Shown here: positions 34,353 to 54,491 of the stretch, one piece after another
Layout of the letters: every line of letters begins with the position of its first letter
How positions within the stretch are numbered: the stretch's first letter is position 1
Assembly (NCBI GenBank): GCA_001244265.2
Contig: CDLV01000008.1
Location: 1,922,001-1,986,000, forward strand
From: Microbotryum violaceum
Lineage: Eukaryota
DNA: 64,000 nt
Direction: 5' to 3'
The notes under the pieces: model-generated
The model's input: the letters and a program-made list of their open reading frames with translations, nothing else
Told to the model about the DNA's origin: nothing
Database searches by the model: none
Position numbers and translations under genes: made by a program

Positions 34353-35488
34353 CTATTCTCCATTCATTGCCGAAACAGCCTGAATGTCGCTTGTTGCCGG
34401 ACTTGCCTCAAACACTCGTGCAACGAGATCCGGACGGTTGCATGCTTTGTCATTCAGCCCAGTGCAGCCTTGATTTCCGGTGATTCGGGGTCGAACGTCA
34501 CCGTGATGAGCAGCGGAGGCTTTCCATGTTTGACGACGCACGCCATCGCATCCTGGCATCGCTGCATGATGTTGCACGGTCTATTCTTGAACGCCGAGCC
34601 CAAAATCACGAAAAGTCCACTTTGATCCGGGGTCAAGCCGTTGATACCTTGGCCCGTGGTGAGGCGCAGGATTTCCTAGCGCAACTGGATGTAGTTGAGT
34701 CGATCGGTCTCGACCTGGGAGTATTCGTCGATCACGAACGCCAGGAAGAGACGCTGGGTGCCATGCGGGAAATGCGAGACTTGGGTTGATCCGCTCGACC
34801 CCTTCTCCTTGACCTTCGTGCTAGATGTTCAAACATTTTATGTCAGTCTCTGCTTAGGTCTCAGCAGAAAGGAACACGTAAGAAAGATCCGAAAGCGCTT
34901 ACGTTCATTCCTCGCCGTCTTCATCATCATCGCGGTCTTCGTCCTCCTCTTCGCCTTTGACATCAAGACCGAGACCGGCAATCGGACAACACTGTCGATC
35001 TGCTCTCGGTTTCTGGCGGCTGGCGGCCCGGCTTGGTGGAACCCACAAAGAGGAATGTTGGGGTGGAAGCCATCCTCCCCTGCAGGAAAAAGTATTGGGT
35101 AACGGGGAGGCATCGCGGACGGATGGAGCGATCTAACGATTTGGTACTTGGGCCGACCATCGGGACATCGATCACCGTGCACCTGAAGAATAAGGTCTTG
35201 ACGTCCACGATCTCCCTTGTTGGTGTCGGAATAAGTATCGCCATTTCCGTGCTCGACGTAGGAGGGTTGTGGGTGCGTCGGTCCCGGCCTGGCGGGAGGC
35301 AGAGGCGCAGGATCCACTCTTTGGCCGTATCCCAACCTGCGCGAGCTTGGTCAATGCAAACAGGCTCACAAAGCGATTGTTGGTACCAACTTGAACTTGA
35401 GCTTGGTCAACGTAGATCTTTGTATGCGACTGTCTGGGCTGTCGGGTCCAAGTAGAGCGTCGGTGGCCTCGGCCGGGTCGATGAGCCA
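34353..35488 (-). pseudogene. Helitron Rep/helicase fragment, degenerate
   Basis: Minus-strand pieces WLIDPAEA, DRRTHNPPTSSTEMAILIP, LHPSAMPPRYPILFPAGEDGFHPNIP, QDAMACVVKHGKPPLLITVTFDP..PEI, RPDLVARVFE match Helitron Rep motifs (QDAMA..GKPDLFIT..NP..PEI..RPD..ARVF). Confidence 0.8.
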
Positions 35489-35706
35489 TGTCTGAGTAAA
35501 GGCTATTAGAACCTAAAGCCGAGGCACGAGATACGTTTAGTACGAGAGCCGAGGATGATAGTAAAGACAGTTGGAGAAAGAAGAGAAGCGCAGAGTAGGA
35601 GCGCGCGAGGCAAGCAATAGCCGCGCGAGGCGACTAATATCAACAACTAGTAACTAATCATGATCGTTAATAGAAGTGGGATGAAACAGCAATATACACT
35701 CTGACA
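35489..35706 (-). repeat. Copia 3' LTR (218 bp)
   Basis: Minus-strand TGTCAGAGT...ACTCAGACA imperfect inverted termini, preceded by a G7 PPT, abutting Helitron coding sequence. Confidence 0.8.
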
Positions 35707-37931
35707 CCCCCCCATGCTGTCATACCACTGCACCTCGTAAGCCCAAATTCGTCCGATGGAAGATGAACGGCTTGGGACCCAAGGCCTTGGTGAAGATGTC
35801 GGCAAACATGTCGCCAGTGGCGATGTAGCGGACCTCGATCTCTTTCTCAGCAACCCTCTCGCGGACGTAGTGTTCCGAGATGCGAATGTGACGAGATCCC
35901 TGATGGTTGGTCGGGTGTTGTGCCAGAGCAAGCGAACCTTGGTTGTCACCATAGAGCACGACTGGACCGGGAACCGGAGCGCCGAGTTCGCTCAGGAGTT
36001 CGCTCAGGTGAATGGCGTCCCCGCTAGCGTACGAAAGAGAGAGGTATTCCGCGTCGGTAGTAGACTTGGCGACCCTGTGCTCCCGTTTGGAACACCAAGC
36101 AATGGCGGCTCCGGACAAGATGAATGCGTAGCCCATGGTCGATCGCGAGGTTGTCAGGCAGGCTCCCCAGTTTGCATCCGAGTAGCCATGGAGCGGTTGG
36201 TTGGTCTTGCGGTAGGTGAATCCCAAGTCCAGCGTGCCTTTGATGTAGCGGAGGACGTGCTTGATGGCTGTCCAATGCTCTGGGCCGGGTTGCTGCGAGA
36301 AGCGCGCGAGGTAGCTGACCACGAAAGCGAGGTCCGGACGAGTGCCAACCGCGGCGTACATCAACGAACCAATGGCCTGCAAGTAGCGAGTGCGATCCTC
36401 AGGGGTAGCAGACGAGTTCTCGAAATCGAGGACGACACCGGGTTGCATGGGGACGCCCGCCGGCTTGGCATCGGCGAATTGGAACCTGGCCAAGATATCT
36501 CGAAGGTAGCATTCTTGGGAAAGTGTGATGGACCCGTTGTGCCCGCGTTTGACTTGGATGCCGAGGATGTATTTGGCAGGCCCGAGACGTTTGATACCAT
36601 ATGCGAGTTCCAACGCGTTGAGAACCCTGTCGATCTCGGCGGTAGAGGGCCCAACCAACAGCAAGTCGTCAACGTACAAGGCGATGTAATGAGAGTGCCC
36701 GTCGTGTTCGCGGCGGTAGATGCAGATGTCCGATCGGGTGGGCACGTATCCGAGGGAGCGCAAAGTCGAGTCAATCTCCGCGTTCCAGATGGTGCCCGCT
36801 TGGCGAAGTCCGTAGATGGATTTGGACAGCCTGAGGATCTTGCCAGGCATGTCGATGCCTTGTGGAACGCGCATGTAGAGAGGCTTGTCAAGTTTGCCGT
36901 GGAGGTACGCCTTGTTGACGTTGGCTTGATGGACATGGTGGCCGGTGGCCGCGGCGAGGGCGATGAGAGCCCGAATGGACGTGAACTTGACGACGGGGGC
37001 ATAGTTCTGCTTGAAGTCGATGCCAGGGCGTTGGGCACAACCGTGGGCGACGAGACGAGCCTTGCGATCGATGATGTCCCCGTGCTGGTTGCGTTTAGTT
37101 CGGAACACCCAGCCCGACCGTAAGAGGATCTCACCCGCGGGGAGCTCACAGGAGTCAATGACTTTGAACACCTCGTATTCGTTGAGAAGTGAATCGAATT
37201 TGTCGTGTGCCGGGCCACCCCACGTGTCCTGTTGTCCCGATCGGATGACATCGCCCCAATTGGCTGGATCTCGGACAACGGATAAGTCGTGCTCCGCAAA
37301 GCCGGCTTTGGTGGACGCGAAGGCACGGAGCATGCCCTAGAAGGCGGGAGTGGGTCCATCAGGTCCGCCAACAAGGTCTTCCCGAGTGATGAGGGTGGGA
37401 ACGAGTTGGCGGCGAGTCCGGGGGCCAGCGATGATGTTCCGAGCGTCGATTTCACCGTACTTCCCTGGATCGGGACCAACCTTGGCAACATCACCATACT
37501 CCCAAGTGGGCTTGACTTTGGCAAGTGGAGTTGGTTCCGGAGGACGCTGCGGCAGGTGGATTGAAGAAGTGGCATTGTCGTCGAGCAAAGGCGGCTGGGT
37601 GGGTTCAACGAGCACGGGAGGTAACGGCGTTGCCGGAGCGTCGGCAGGTGGAGGACGGGGATAGAAACCCGGAACGGAAGGCGGTGTGACGCGGGCGGGA
37701 ACAGCAACGAAGGGGAACTCGGTTTTGAGGAACGTCACATTCCGGCTCAAACTCACGCGCATCGAGGAGGGATCGAGAAGGCGCCAGGCTTTCGCGTGTC
37801 AATCGTAACCCACAGAGACCAGCGGAATCCCTTTTGGGTCGAGTTTGTCTCGACGATGAGCCGGCACGGTGGCCCAGGCGCGACAACCAAATGCTCGAAG
37901 CGCTCCCACGGTCGGGGGGCGCCTGACCAGC

Positions 37932-38137
37932 AACAATTTTGATAAAAAAGTAAAAGGAAAAAAAAAAAAGAGTCGAGCAGAAAATTCTAGATGATATTAT
38001 AAATATAAGAGAAGTATTATAGATAAATACTACACATAGTTATTATAAGTAGTAATTTATAATAATCGCACATATGATGTAATGGTTAATTAAAAAATAT
38101 GGACATTCCATTCTATTAAAAATTTTATTTAGATGAT
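37932..38137. other. Very AT-rich foreign insertion disrupting copia integrase
   Basis: Sharp compositional break between PHAA and [16 protein letters not shown] of the integrase C-terminal region. Confidence 0.75.
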
Positions 38138-39074
38138 GAGCCGCATGAGGCGAAAGGTTCTTGGTGTGGATGTAACACATGGCAGCCTCGTCCCAGCACG
38201 TACGTGGGAGTCCCGAGTCGATCAGTAAAGCCAGGGCGCCCTCCACGATAGATCCGTTGAGCCGCTCGGCTCGACCGTTTTGCTCGGGCGTGTACGGTAT
38301 GGTCAATTCGCGACGGATCCCACGAGCCACGCAAAAACCATTGAAGGCGGTAGAGACGTATTCACCCCCGTTGTCTGAGCGGAGCGTTTTGACCCTGCGA
38401 CCTGTCTTGTTTTCGATCTCCATAAGCCAGTCCTTAAACGTCTGAAGGACCTCGCTCTTGTGCCCGATGGGGTAGACCCAAGTTTTCCTCGAGAAGTCGT
38501 CGACGAATGTGACGAGGTACCCTTTGTGGCTGAACGACTCCTCTGGAAAGGACAAGACATCCGAGTGGACCAGTGCTAGCGACTCCGAGGCCTGGAACGA
38601 CGAAGGGGGGAAACGGCAAACGATGGGCTTTGGATGCGAGGCACGCGTTGCAGGTGAAGTCTACACACTCGAGGTCACTATAGGTCCAATCCAAACCCTC
38701 CACCTGGCCAGAGGCCGCCAGTTTTTTAAGTGTCTGAACAGAGGCATGACCGTAGCGACGGTGAAGGGTAAGTAAAGGGATCCCATGGGACTTGGTGGTG
38801 ACAAGCGTGTGAATCGCACCTGGGCTGGGAGTTCGGACCAAAGCGTTGAGCTTGTAAACGCGTGATGCGATGGCGGAGGCTGTGGATATGCGCCCTTGCT
38901 GCGTGCGGAGCTCGGCTTGTCCGCGTTCGAAGGTGCTGCGGACCCCTTTGCGGTCGAAGGCTCGGATGGAGACGAGGTTTGCAGGGCTCTCGGGAGCGTA
39001 AATCACGTCGTTGAGGGTGAACTCGGTGCCATTGTCCGAGACGAGTTTGACCGAGCCGACTCCTGAGGCCTTCA

Positions 39075-40188
<1,114 letters not shown>

Positions 40189-40231
40189 TAGAAATCGCTC
40201 TTGTCTTCCTTCTGCAATCTTGATCTCATAG

Positions 40232-45746
<5,515 letters not shown>

Positions 45747-45833
45747 TAGAAATCGCTCTTGTCTTCCTTCTGCAATCTTGATCTCATAGTCAACTCCCCC
45801 AGTAACCTCCAGCTCCCTCGGCCTCTGTTCTAG

Positions 45834-46742
<909 letters not shown>

Positions 46743-47127
46743 ACATAGGTGTCCAGTTCCTCCCACCTCGCTTCCGAGACGGCGTGCCAGATGACCTCAC
46801 TTTCGTGGTAGTGAAAGGCCTCTTTTTGGCCACCGAGGAAGCAGTAGAACTCCGAGATCGTCTTGGGCAAGAAGCGGTTGTGCTGGTCGAGAATTACCCG
46901 CAAGGGAATGCCCATCGGTGCGGCCCAGCACATTGGCAGATGTTGGGGAGAGGTCAAAGCCTAAGGTCGGAACCTTGGCTCAGTGGCTCGGTGCTACTGA
47001 TCCGCGATTACGCGCTGAGGTGTTTCCTTGCGTCGATGACTCAACAGTCAAGCGCATGGGATGCAGGGGCCAAGGTGTCGGGCGGAGTGGTCCGCCCGGG
47101 CGCGGCTTGGGCAGGCTTGGGCCAGGT

Positions 47128-48342
47128 AGGACCCCCGAAAGCCCAGCCAGAGGCGGCCCGCAAATTTGGACATTCTGGGGACCGGAAAATCGGCTAGGCA
47201 GCCCGCAAATTTAGACATTTTTGGCTCAAAAAGGGTCGAGGCTCACCTCATTTTTGGGCATTTTCCTCCCTCCGGTCGAACTTTGAAGCGCAGAACAGGG
47301 TAGCGGGAGGCGCAGGGCCGCAGGGCATAGCCGGGCCCAGCTGCGCGGCGCGGTGAACAGTCGCGCTGTTTGCGTTTGGAGCGCGTTAGCGTCTGTATTT
47401 GCTGTGAGGTATGCGCCTCTGATGTGCATAAACTATAATATGTCATTATTGAACGATAGGCTAAAAGTAAGTCGTAACTAGAACTACTCAGAGGCTACTT
47501 ATTGGGCTGTTCCTGTAAGACTTTTGCGATCGTTTATCGTTTTTGATCGTCTCTCGCTCGGAACGCCGACTTGTCGAGCTACGTCTCCTCTTCTTCCTTT
47601 CGATCTGGAAGCTCTCTCGCCGAGAAATATCTTTTTTTCCTAGTCGTATCTTTCTTTTCCTAGTCGGTCAAAGGTTCCCAGGGTGCGCCGCCGCCGATAC
47701 ACGTCGGATTCTTTGGAACCGATCACCCGATCGCGCGATCACCGAAATGGCACTCGAAGAGCTCTGGGCATCAAATCAGGAGTGCAAAGCTGGCCTTGTG
47801 TCTCTGTAAAACAACTAAGGGGAATTTGGTGGGTATGATCGATTCTGATTCAGGGTCAAAGAGTCCTACACTACTGGCCTAGCCAGTGTGCTTAACTGCA
47901 TTTCCTCTGACTTTCCCAGATATTTCTACATATTAGGATATGGCGCGCGGTTGAGAACCTTATTTTGGCATGCATTCTTCCATGTAGATGTAAATTATAT
48001 TGATTTTGATCCATCAAATGAATGATAAACAAAGATGAGATCCTATTCGAGTCCATTTCATTTTGAAAAGGCTCGTTAGCGGTCGCGCTGGCACCGCTCT
48101 TGGTGCTCGGTGCGCGCGCGCGCAACCTTTCCCGCCCGCGCGCGGCGGGAATGCAGTCTGCGCGTAGCGCAGAAAATTTTCTGAGCATTGTACAGCTTGT
48201 AAAGTAATTTTGAGAATTATTCAACACTAGGTGGCCGTCTTTTTTGGACATTCTCAGTCAGAATCCGGAAAAAAATTGGACATTTTGCCTCGAAAAAGGC
48301 CGTTTTTAGTGGGCCGTCTATGGCTGGGCTTTCGGGGGTCCT
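47128..48342. mobile_element. Putative non-autonomous TIR element (MITE-like)
   Basis: AGGACCCCCGAAAGCCCAGCCA (47128) is exactly inverted at the 48342 end, and similarity extends imperfectly to ~32 bp. TTGGACATT subterminal motifs near both ends. No clear TSD and no long ORF. Confidence 0.6.
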
Positions 48343-49395
48343 CAGTAACTGCGACCTCAACGTCAACGTCAACCTTCCAATTATCTCGGATCCGCGCGCA
48401 AGATGGCTTTACGCCCGGATAGCTCTCGCTTTCTCTCTTAGCTCTCGGATCATCGTTAACCAGACTCAACCCCTCGCCGAGTTTCCGATCTCTCTCGTTA
48501 CACATCTACTATTACATAAAAGAATGCACCACAAAATAAGGTTCTCAGCCCCGCGCGCGCGCGCGCCGATCTTTTTCTCCCCCCACGCTCCGGGAGGTGC
48601 GAGCGACGTTCATTTATGCAGAGAGGGAGGAGCGCGCACCTCCCAGGCGTGCGGTACGAGTAGTACACGCCGCGACGTTCCAAGGTCGAGGTTCTAGTTG
48701 GGCTTGATTCCGAGCAGCAGTTGACTCTACTGGACCAGTGGCAGCACGACCCTGGTGGCTGGTGCAGCCCCTTTCGGAAAATCATGGACGAACTACCGAC
48801 GTTTGAAATGCAGGCTATGGGGTTCAGACATCTGCACACTGCGCCATTGCGAGGAAAAATGAGCATTTGTCCGTCCCAAGTCCGAGTCCGTCCGGAGTCC
48901 GAAGTCTGGACTCCTTCAAACTCAAAGCCGTCCCAAAACATACTGTACGCGCCGAACGCAAGGGACCTGCCAGGATGATAGGTATCAACCAATATTTTGT
49001 GCCAGCAAAACTTCGAGTGGAGGTGTCTACTATATTTGCATTCCCACGACGGCAACGCCTGGCGACGGTGCTTATTCGATTCGGCGAAACCGCTAGCGGG
49101 AGCAGTCGAGGTTGGTTGATGAAGGAAAAGGAACGCGTCGCGCGCCTCGCAGCCCACCCGGGCGCGTCCCGATCAAGCTCGAATGCCGTATTGACACTAA
49201 AAGGGCATCAGCCGTCACCGTCTCTACTCCTGTGCTACCGTCAGGAATCAATTGTCTCCCCCGTTTTTGGGGGTTTGCTCCCTTGCGGTATCCTTCAACC
49301 TCCACCCTCTCACTTGCCCAGCAATCCGACCACTCCGAGGAATCGTGGGACGGACCGACGCGACGACGACGATAGCTTCTGTTTAGTGGACGGCG

Positions 49396-51470
49396 ATGAT
49401 GACGGCAGAGCGGCCTCCGGCGCGCTCGCCATCCCATTGTGACCAAACGACGACGGAGCATCAAAGCCTGCGAGCTCGGCCGGGGCGGCGGCGGCCTCCG
49501 CGACGCAGCAGCAGCCATGTTGATGCACTTCCACGCTTCCAGACATTGCTCCTGCTCGTGGTGCTCATCGCCTCCATCACGTCTCTGGCCCAGGCGTCGG
49601 AGGTGCACCATCGATCGCCGGCGCAGCGGCAGCAGCGACACTTGCTGCACAAGCGCCAGGCCCAAGCTCGGACCACCCCCATCGCCGCGACGACGGACGC
49701 TGGGCCTGTCCCGACTACGACTCCGAACGTTGCACCTACCACAGCACCGGCCACGACTCCCGCCGTCACTACTACACCTACGACTCAACCTTCCGCCACC
49801 ACAAACGGTCAGTGGTGGTGTTTTTCCTACAGAGGCCTAGCCAGGCCAAAAGTCTCGGGACGCGTTCGCCGAATCCGAGATTAGCGGTCGGGGGCCAGAA
49901 TGTTTAAGAGAGAGTCACTGATGCGGTCCATTATAAAACCGCTCGAATGCTTCTGCTACTGATTCAGATGATGTGACGACGACAACAAAGAAAAAGAAGA
50001 CCCACTCGTCCGACACGACGACCGCGGCCGCCGTCGCGACGACGACGATGACAACGACGACGACGACGACGACGACATCCCTCTCGGTGGCGGTCGCCCC
50101 CTCGAATACGACAGCGGCGGCGCCCCTCGTCGTTATCACGGTGACGTCAATCGTGACGAACCCCGACGGATCGACGTCGATAGCGGCGGTCGTCAACCCG
50201 GCCGCGACGGCGGACTCGGCGACGAGTCGCACCACGTCCGGTGGGTCGTCGGCGTCGCGGACGTACGCGATCATAGGGGGTGTGCTCGGCAGCGTCGTCG
50301 GGTTGCTGCTCCTGTTGATCCTGCTGTATAAGCTCGCGCAGCACCGCGGCTGGGGAGGCGACGGGCGCCTCGGTCGCTTCATCAACAAACCGTTTGGGGC
50401 TGGACCGAACGGCAAGGAGATCAAGTGGCCCGAACTACAGCCCGATGGCCAGACCGTGTCGACGGGCCTCGCGACGTTGAACCCGATGGGGACGCGCAAG
50501 ACCGGTGGGGCCGGGATCAGCATGGGCGAAAAGGACGACGAGGACGAGTTTTTGGACAACGAGGAAGAAGAGCTTAGCGGTAACGGCTCGTGGGACGAGA
50601 TCAAGATGCCTGACGGGTCGGTCGTGCGGCGGCCGAGCACCAAGTGCGGCGGCGGCGGCGGTGCTGCGATTCAGCGGAGCGTGACGGGAAGCATGAGCAG
50701 CCACTACACCGTTGGCAGCGCGAACGGACGAGAGAGTAGGACCAGTCACTGTCAGTCATTGTATCAATCGCTGCAACCAGTTACTTCGCGTACTGATGAA
50801 AGCCACAACCCCACCTTCACACACAGACGACTCGTACCGGTCGCCGTCGCCGGCCATGTTGTTCCACCGCCCGCAGTCGCCGCAGATCCTCTACCCCGCC
50901 AACCTCCACCGCGCCCCTTCGAACCCTCACCTTCACGGACCATACGCGATGCACCCGCCCCCGCCCGCGGTGTTCCAATCTTACCCCTATCCGCACCCGC
51001 ACCCGCACCCGCACCCGCACCCGCACGCTGCGCAATCGGCCCTGCAGGGGTACCCGACCCTCGCCCTCGCTCCGGTGAACCACGGCCCACCGGCCCCTCC
51101 ACAATCGCAGCCGCTTCCTCGCTCGCTCATGCATCGACCTTCGAGCATCAATCTCTTTCCGCTCTCGACCTCGCCGGCACCCCCGAGCCCGCTCCCGAGC
51201 CCTTCGCCGACGAGCGGGGGTTCACACTCGTCGCACCATTACCCTTCCTCGCCGCTGGAACAAGGATCCGTCCATCCCGACCGGAGCAATTCTAACTCGT
51301 CGAGTTCATCGCATGGGTCCTCGTCGTCGTCGTCAGCGGCGCGAAAGCAACAGCAGCGGTATCAGCAGCAGATGGAGCCAGCGTTTTTGGGACACGGGCA
51401 GGGTTTCTCGGCGGATTTGTACGCGCCGCGGGAAGGGGTCGAGAGGCAGTTGAGCGTTAGGAATGCCTGA
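49396..51470 (+). CDS. Thr-rich single-pass membrane/cell-surface protein (Mid2/sensor-like architecture); start uncertain
   Basis: Hydrophobic leader (TLLLLVVLIASITSLAQA), KR site, Thr/Pro-rich ectodomain, TM YAIIGGVLGSVVGLLLLLILLY, Pro/Ser/His-rich tail. GT/AG introns at ~49808-49967 and ~50745-50827. Confidence 0.6.
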
Positions 51471-51727
51471 GCGATCGAGGTCTGATGTGTACGGATTCGC
51501 CGTTCAACGTCATTCCTGTCGCACGATTGATTCCTTTCCTCACCGCCCCCGGCCCCTGCTCGGTTTTTGTTCGGTTGTTTAACAAATGAGATACCCTGTA
51601 TTACTTTACTTTGCACGATGTACTGCTTATTTCTCTATGGAATGGATATGAAATGGAATATCAACGAAACCTCACAATTACCCCTTCTCACAATCTCCTC
51701 GCGAGAAGATGATCGGTAAAAACTCAG

Positions 51728-53732
51728 TTAGGTCTGGGTCGTCGTCGTCGCCAATTCTGTCCACTTTTTCTCCTCTCCCGCCGCATCGACGGCTGCATCC
51801 CAAAAAGCAATTTCCAACATCGTCGCCGTCTTGAAAGTTTCCGCCAATTCGATTAACCTCGTACTTGAAACCGGTGACCTGGCCAATGAGCTTTCCAATA
51901 ACTCCGTTCCCGTCCGCACGGCTTCTTGGTACCAATCCCCCGCATATGTTTCAATCCAACTCCAGTACCGATTCTTCTCCCCATCACTGACTTTCCCTTC
52001 CCATGCATTGAGGTTTTGACCTACTTGACCGTAACCTAGTAGACAAGGGAAGGTGACGATGCGCGCGTCGAGGAGGTCGCCACGGGAGCAGGTGTCGAGA
52101 ACGTAACGATTGTAGGCGAGGTTCGCGAGCGATTCGGGGATGGAGAGAAGGGTCGAGCGCGAGATGTTGTACTTTTCGCAGTATTGCACATGCACTGAAG
52201 GGACAAAAAAGAGGGGGAGGGGAGAAGAGGGGATGGAGAGAGAGAGAGAGAGGGGGGGGGGGGGCAAAAGTCAGCGATTAGACATAGAGACGTCGTTCGT
52301 TCGCACAAAGACCAGAATTTACTCTCGGTCTCCCTCAGTACGGTCTCGACGATCTTGCTACTACCTCTCATATCCTCGACGTCCAAACCTTTGTAACCCA
52401 TCAACGCGTTCGTTCTCGCATAGTGGATCAAGAAGTGATAATCCTGCGTGATGAACTCTAAAAAGCTCGGCAGGGGGCAGGTCCCGTCGGCGAGCGAGCG
52501 AGGAAAGGGGTGGCTAACATAGCGGGACCAGGTCGAAGGGGAGTACGAGGTGAGGAAGTCGGCGAGTGGGGTCGAGGAGAGTGGGGTCGGTCTATGGGAA
52601 GGGAATGTACAGGAGGTGAGTTCAGGTCGCTTTGCTCGGTAAACGACGAGATGCCTTTGGCTCACAGCGGTAGTGATCTCGGGCCGAGGGCATGGAAGTG
52701 ATGGACGGGACCAGAGCCACTCCCCAGCGGGTACGATGTCGCAATCGCCGTAGCGACATAATCCGCGGCGAGTTTGACCGCTTCGGGGACTGCGGAAGAA
52801 GATACCCGAGCAGAAAAGGTCAGGTCACGTGATTTCAGCATTTCCCGAGCCGCTGAAAACTTGCCAGAGAATCCCTTGGCGAGGTACGATGCAATCGCGC
52901 TCGAGAGCGTACATCCCGTCCCGTGGGTGTTTTTAGAGTCGTACCACCTCCGCTGCGCCAACACCTCCTTGCGCTCGACCGAGTCCCACAAGAGATCGAC
53001 GACGAATTTCTCGGTGCCCGAGTTCCCGTTCGTCAAGGGCATATGCCCGCCTTTGAGATAGACCCATCGTACGCCCAATTGACCCAGACGGATCGCACAG
53101 TTTCTCATATCGTCGACGGAGCGGATCGAGCCTGGTTCCGACGAGGAGAGCAGCTCGGCTTCGGGTATGTTCGGCGTGATGATCGTCGCAAGCGGCACGA
53201 GGTGCTTTTTCAGCGATTCCAGGGCGTCGAATGGGAGCAGTTGGTGGCCCGAGGTTGCGACGCATACGGGGTCCAACACGAGCGGTACGGTAGGATGTTT
53301 CATTGTGGGGGTTGAAGTCGAAGCCGAGCTCGACGAAAATGTGGCACCGAGATATTCAGCAATGGCCTGGATCGTCTCGGAAGAGTACAGCATTCCTGAG
53401 GAAAACGCGAAGAAACTTCGTCAGTGTATTCGTCCACCACTTTTCTGGGAATGGAGCACGGTTCCCTCACCGGTTTTGATCGCATCGACGCCAATGTCCT
53501 CGACAACGCTCTTCACCTGTTGCACGACGATCGTCGTCCTCACACCTTCGACGGCCTGCACGCCCAAGGTGTTTTGCGCGGTCAAGGCGGTGATGCTGCA
53601 GGTGCCATAACAACCTAGAGCGGCGATTGTCTTGAGGTCGGCTTGGATCCCTGCGCCTGCACCCGAGTCGGAGCCGGCGATGGTCAGCACTCGAGGTGGG
53701 CACGAAGCGTGACGTCGGGCCGGTGGGGGCAT
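51728..53732 (-). CDS. THI20: HMP/HMP-P kinase fused to TenA (THI20/THI21-like)
   Basis: [82 protein letters not shown]. Then Ten[37 protein letters not shown]. Confidence 0.88.
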
Positions 53733-54491
53733 GTCAGTGGTGGTGGGGAAGGGTGGGGAGGGAGGCGAGGGCGGGGGGAAGGAAAGGGGGACGGGAGAGA
53801 GACGCAAGGGGTGGCCTGAAAAATGAGCTGGGTGCACGACCGAGTGAGTCCGAGACTAGCCGAGACTTGTGCAGGCACCGAATGAGCGACGCTCAATCGA
53901 TCGCACTCACCGAGTTCTCCGCGGCGAATGACGATCCAACCCCGGCCCGGCCGGCGGTTGGGCTGCAGAGTGCAACGGGTAATCAATGGGACGTAAATAT
54001 TCCAAGTTTGCTCTTTGTTTCCACAAAGCGGATGCTTTTCATCTTAGAGCTCATGGCAACTTGCCGAAAAATCGCACGTTTCAGGGCCGGCCGGGGCCGC
54101 CGGTTCCGCACCCGCACCAACCCGCACGGTCGCGCCTTCACTAGCTTCACTGCCCACGTCATCCATCGACCACCTTGAATCCACTGCTCACGGCGCGGGC
54201 ACGACAACCGTCAACGCTCCCTGCGCGCCGTTCACATTCTTGTAGGCCCAAATTTTACCCTTATCTGTACCCAGTCGCGACCCAGCGCCACCTCCACTCC
54301 AGCCTCGCTTAGCCATTTTCGTTCGACGTGGCTCGACGCGTCGCGTGAACTCGCACCGAACCCCCTCCCATTCCTCTGCACCAGAACAAAGTGAGTCGTA
54401 TTTTGTCCACAGCCCAATGGCATAATTGTTACCCCAGCCAACAGGTCATCCCGCTCTTCAGGAACTCCACTCCTTGAACAACCGCGCACGG

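Noticed and set aside
35756..37123. Long antisense ORFs (also 1116-2024 minus, 29324-30175 minus, 45916-46491 minus)
   Set aside because: Shadow ORFs opposite GC-rich coding sequence, with no recognisable motifs.
47514..47870. Possible solo LTR (TGTAAGAC...GTCCTACA)
   Set aside because: No TSD (GTTCC vs CTACT) and no second copy in the window.
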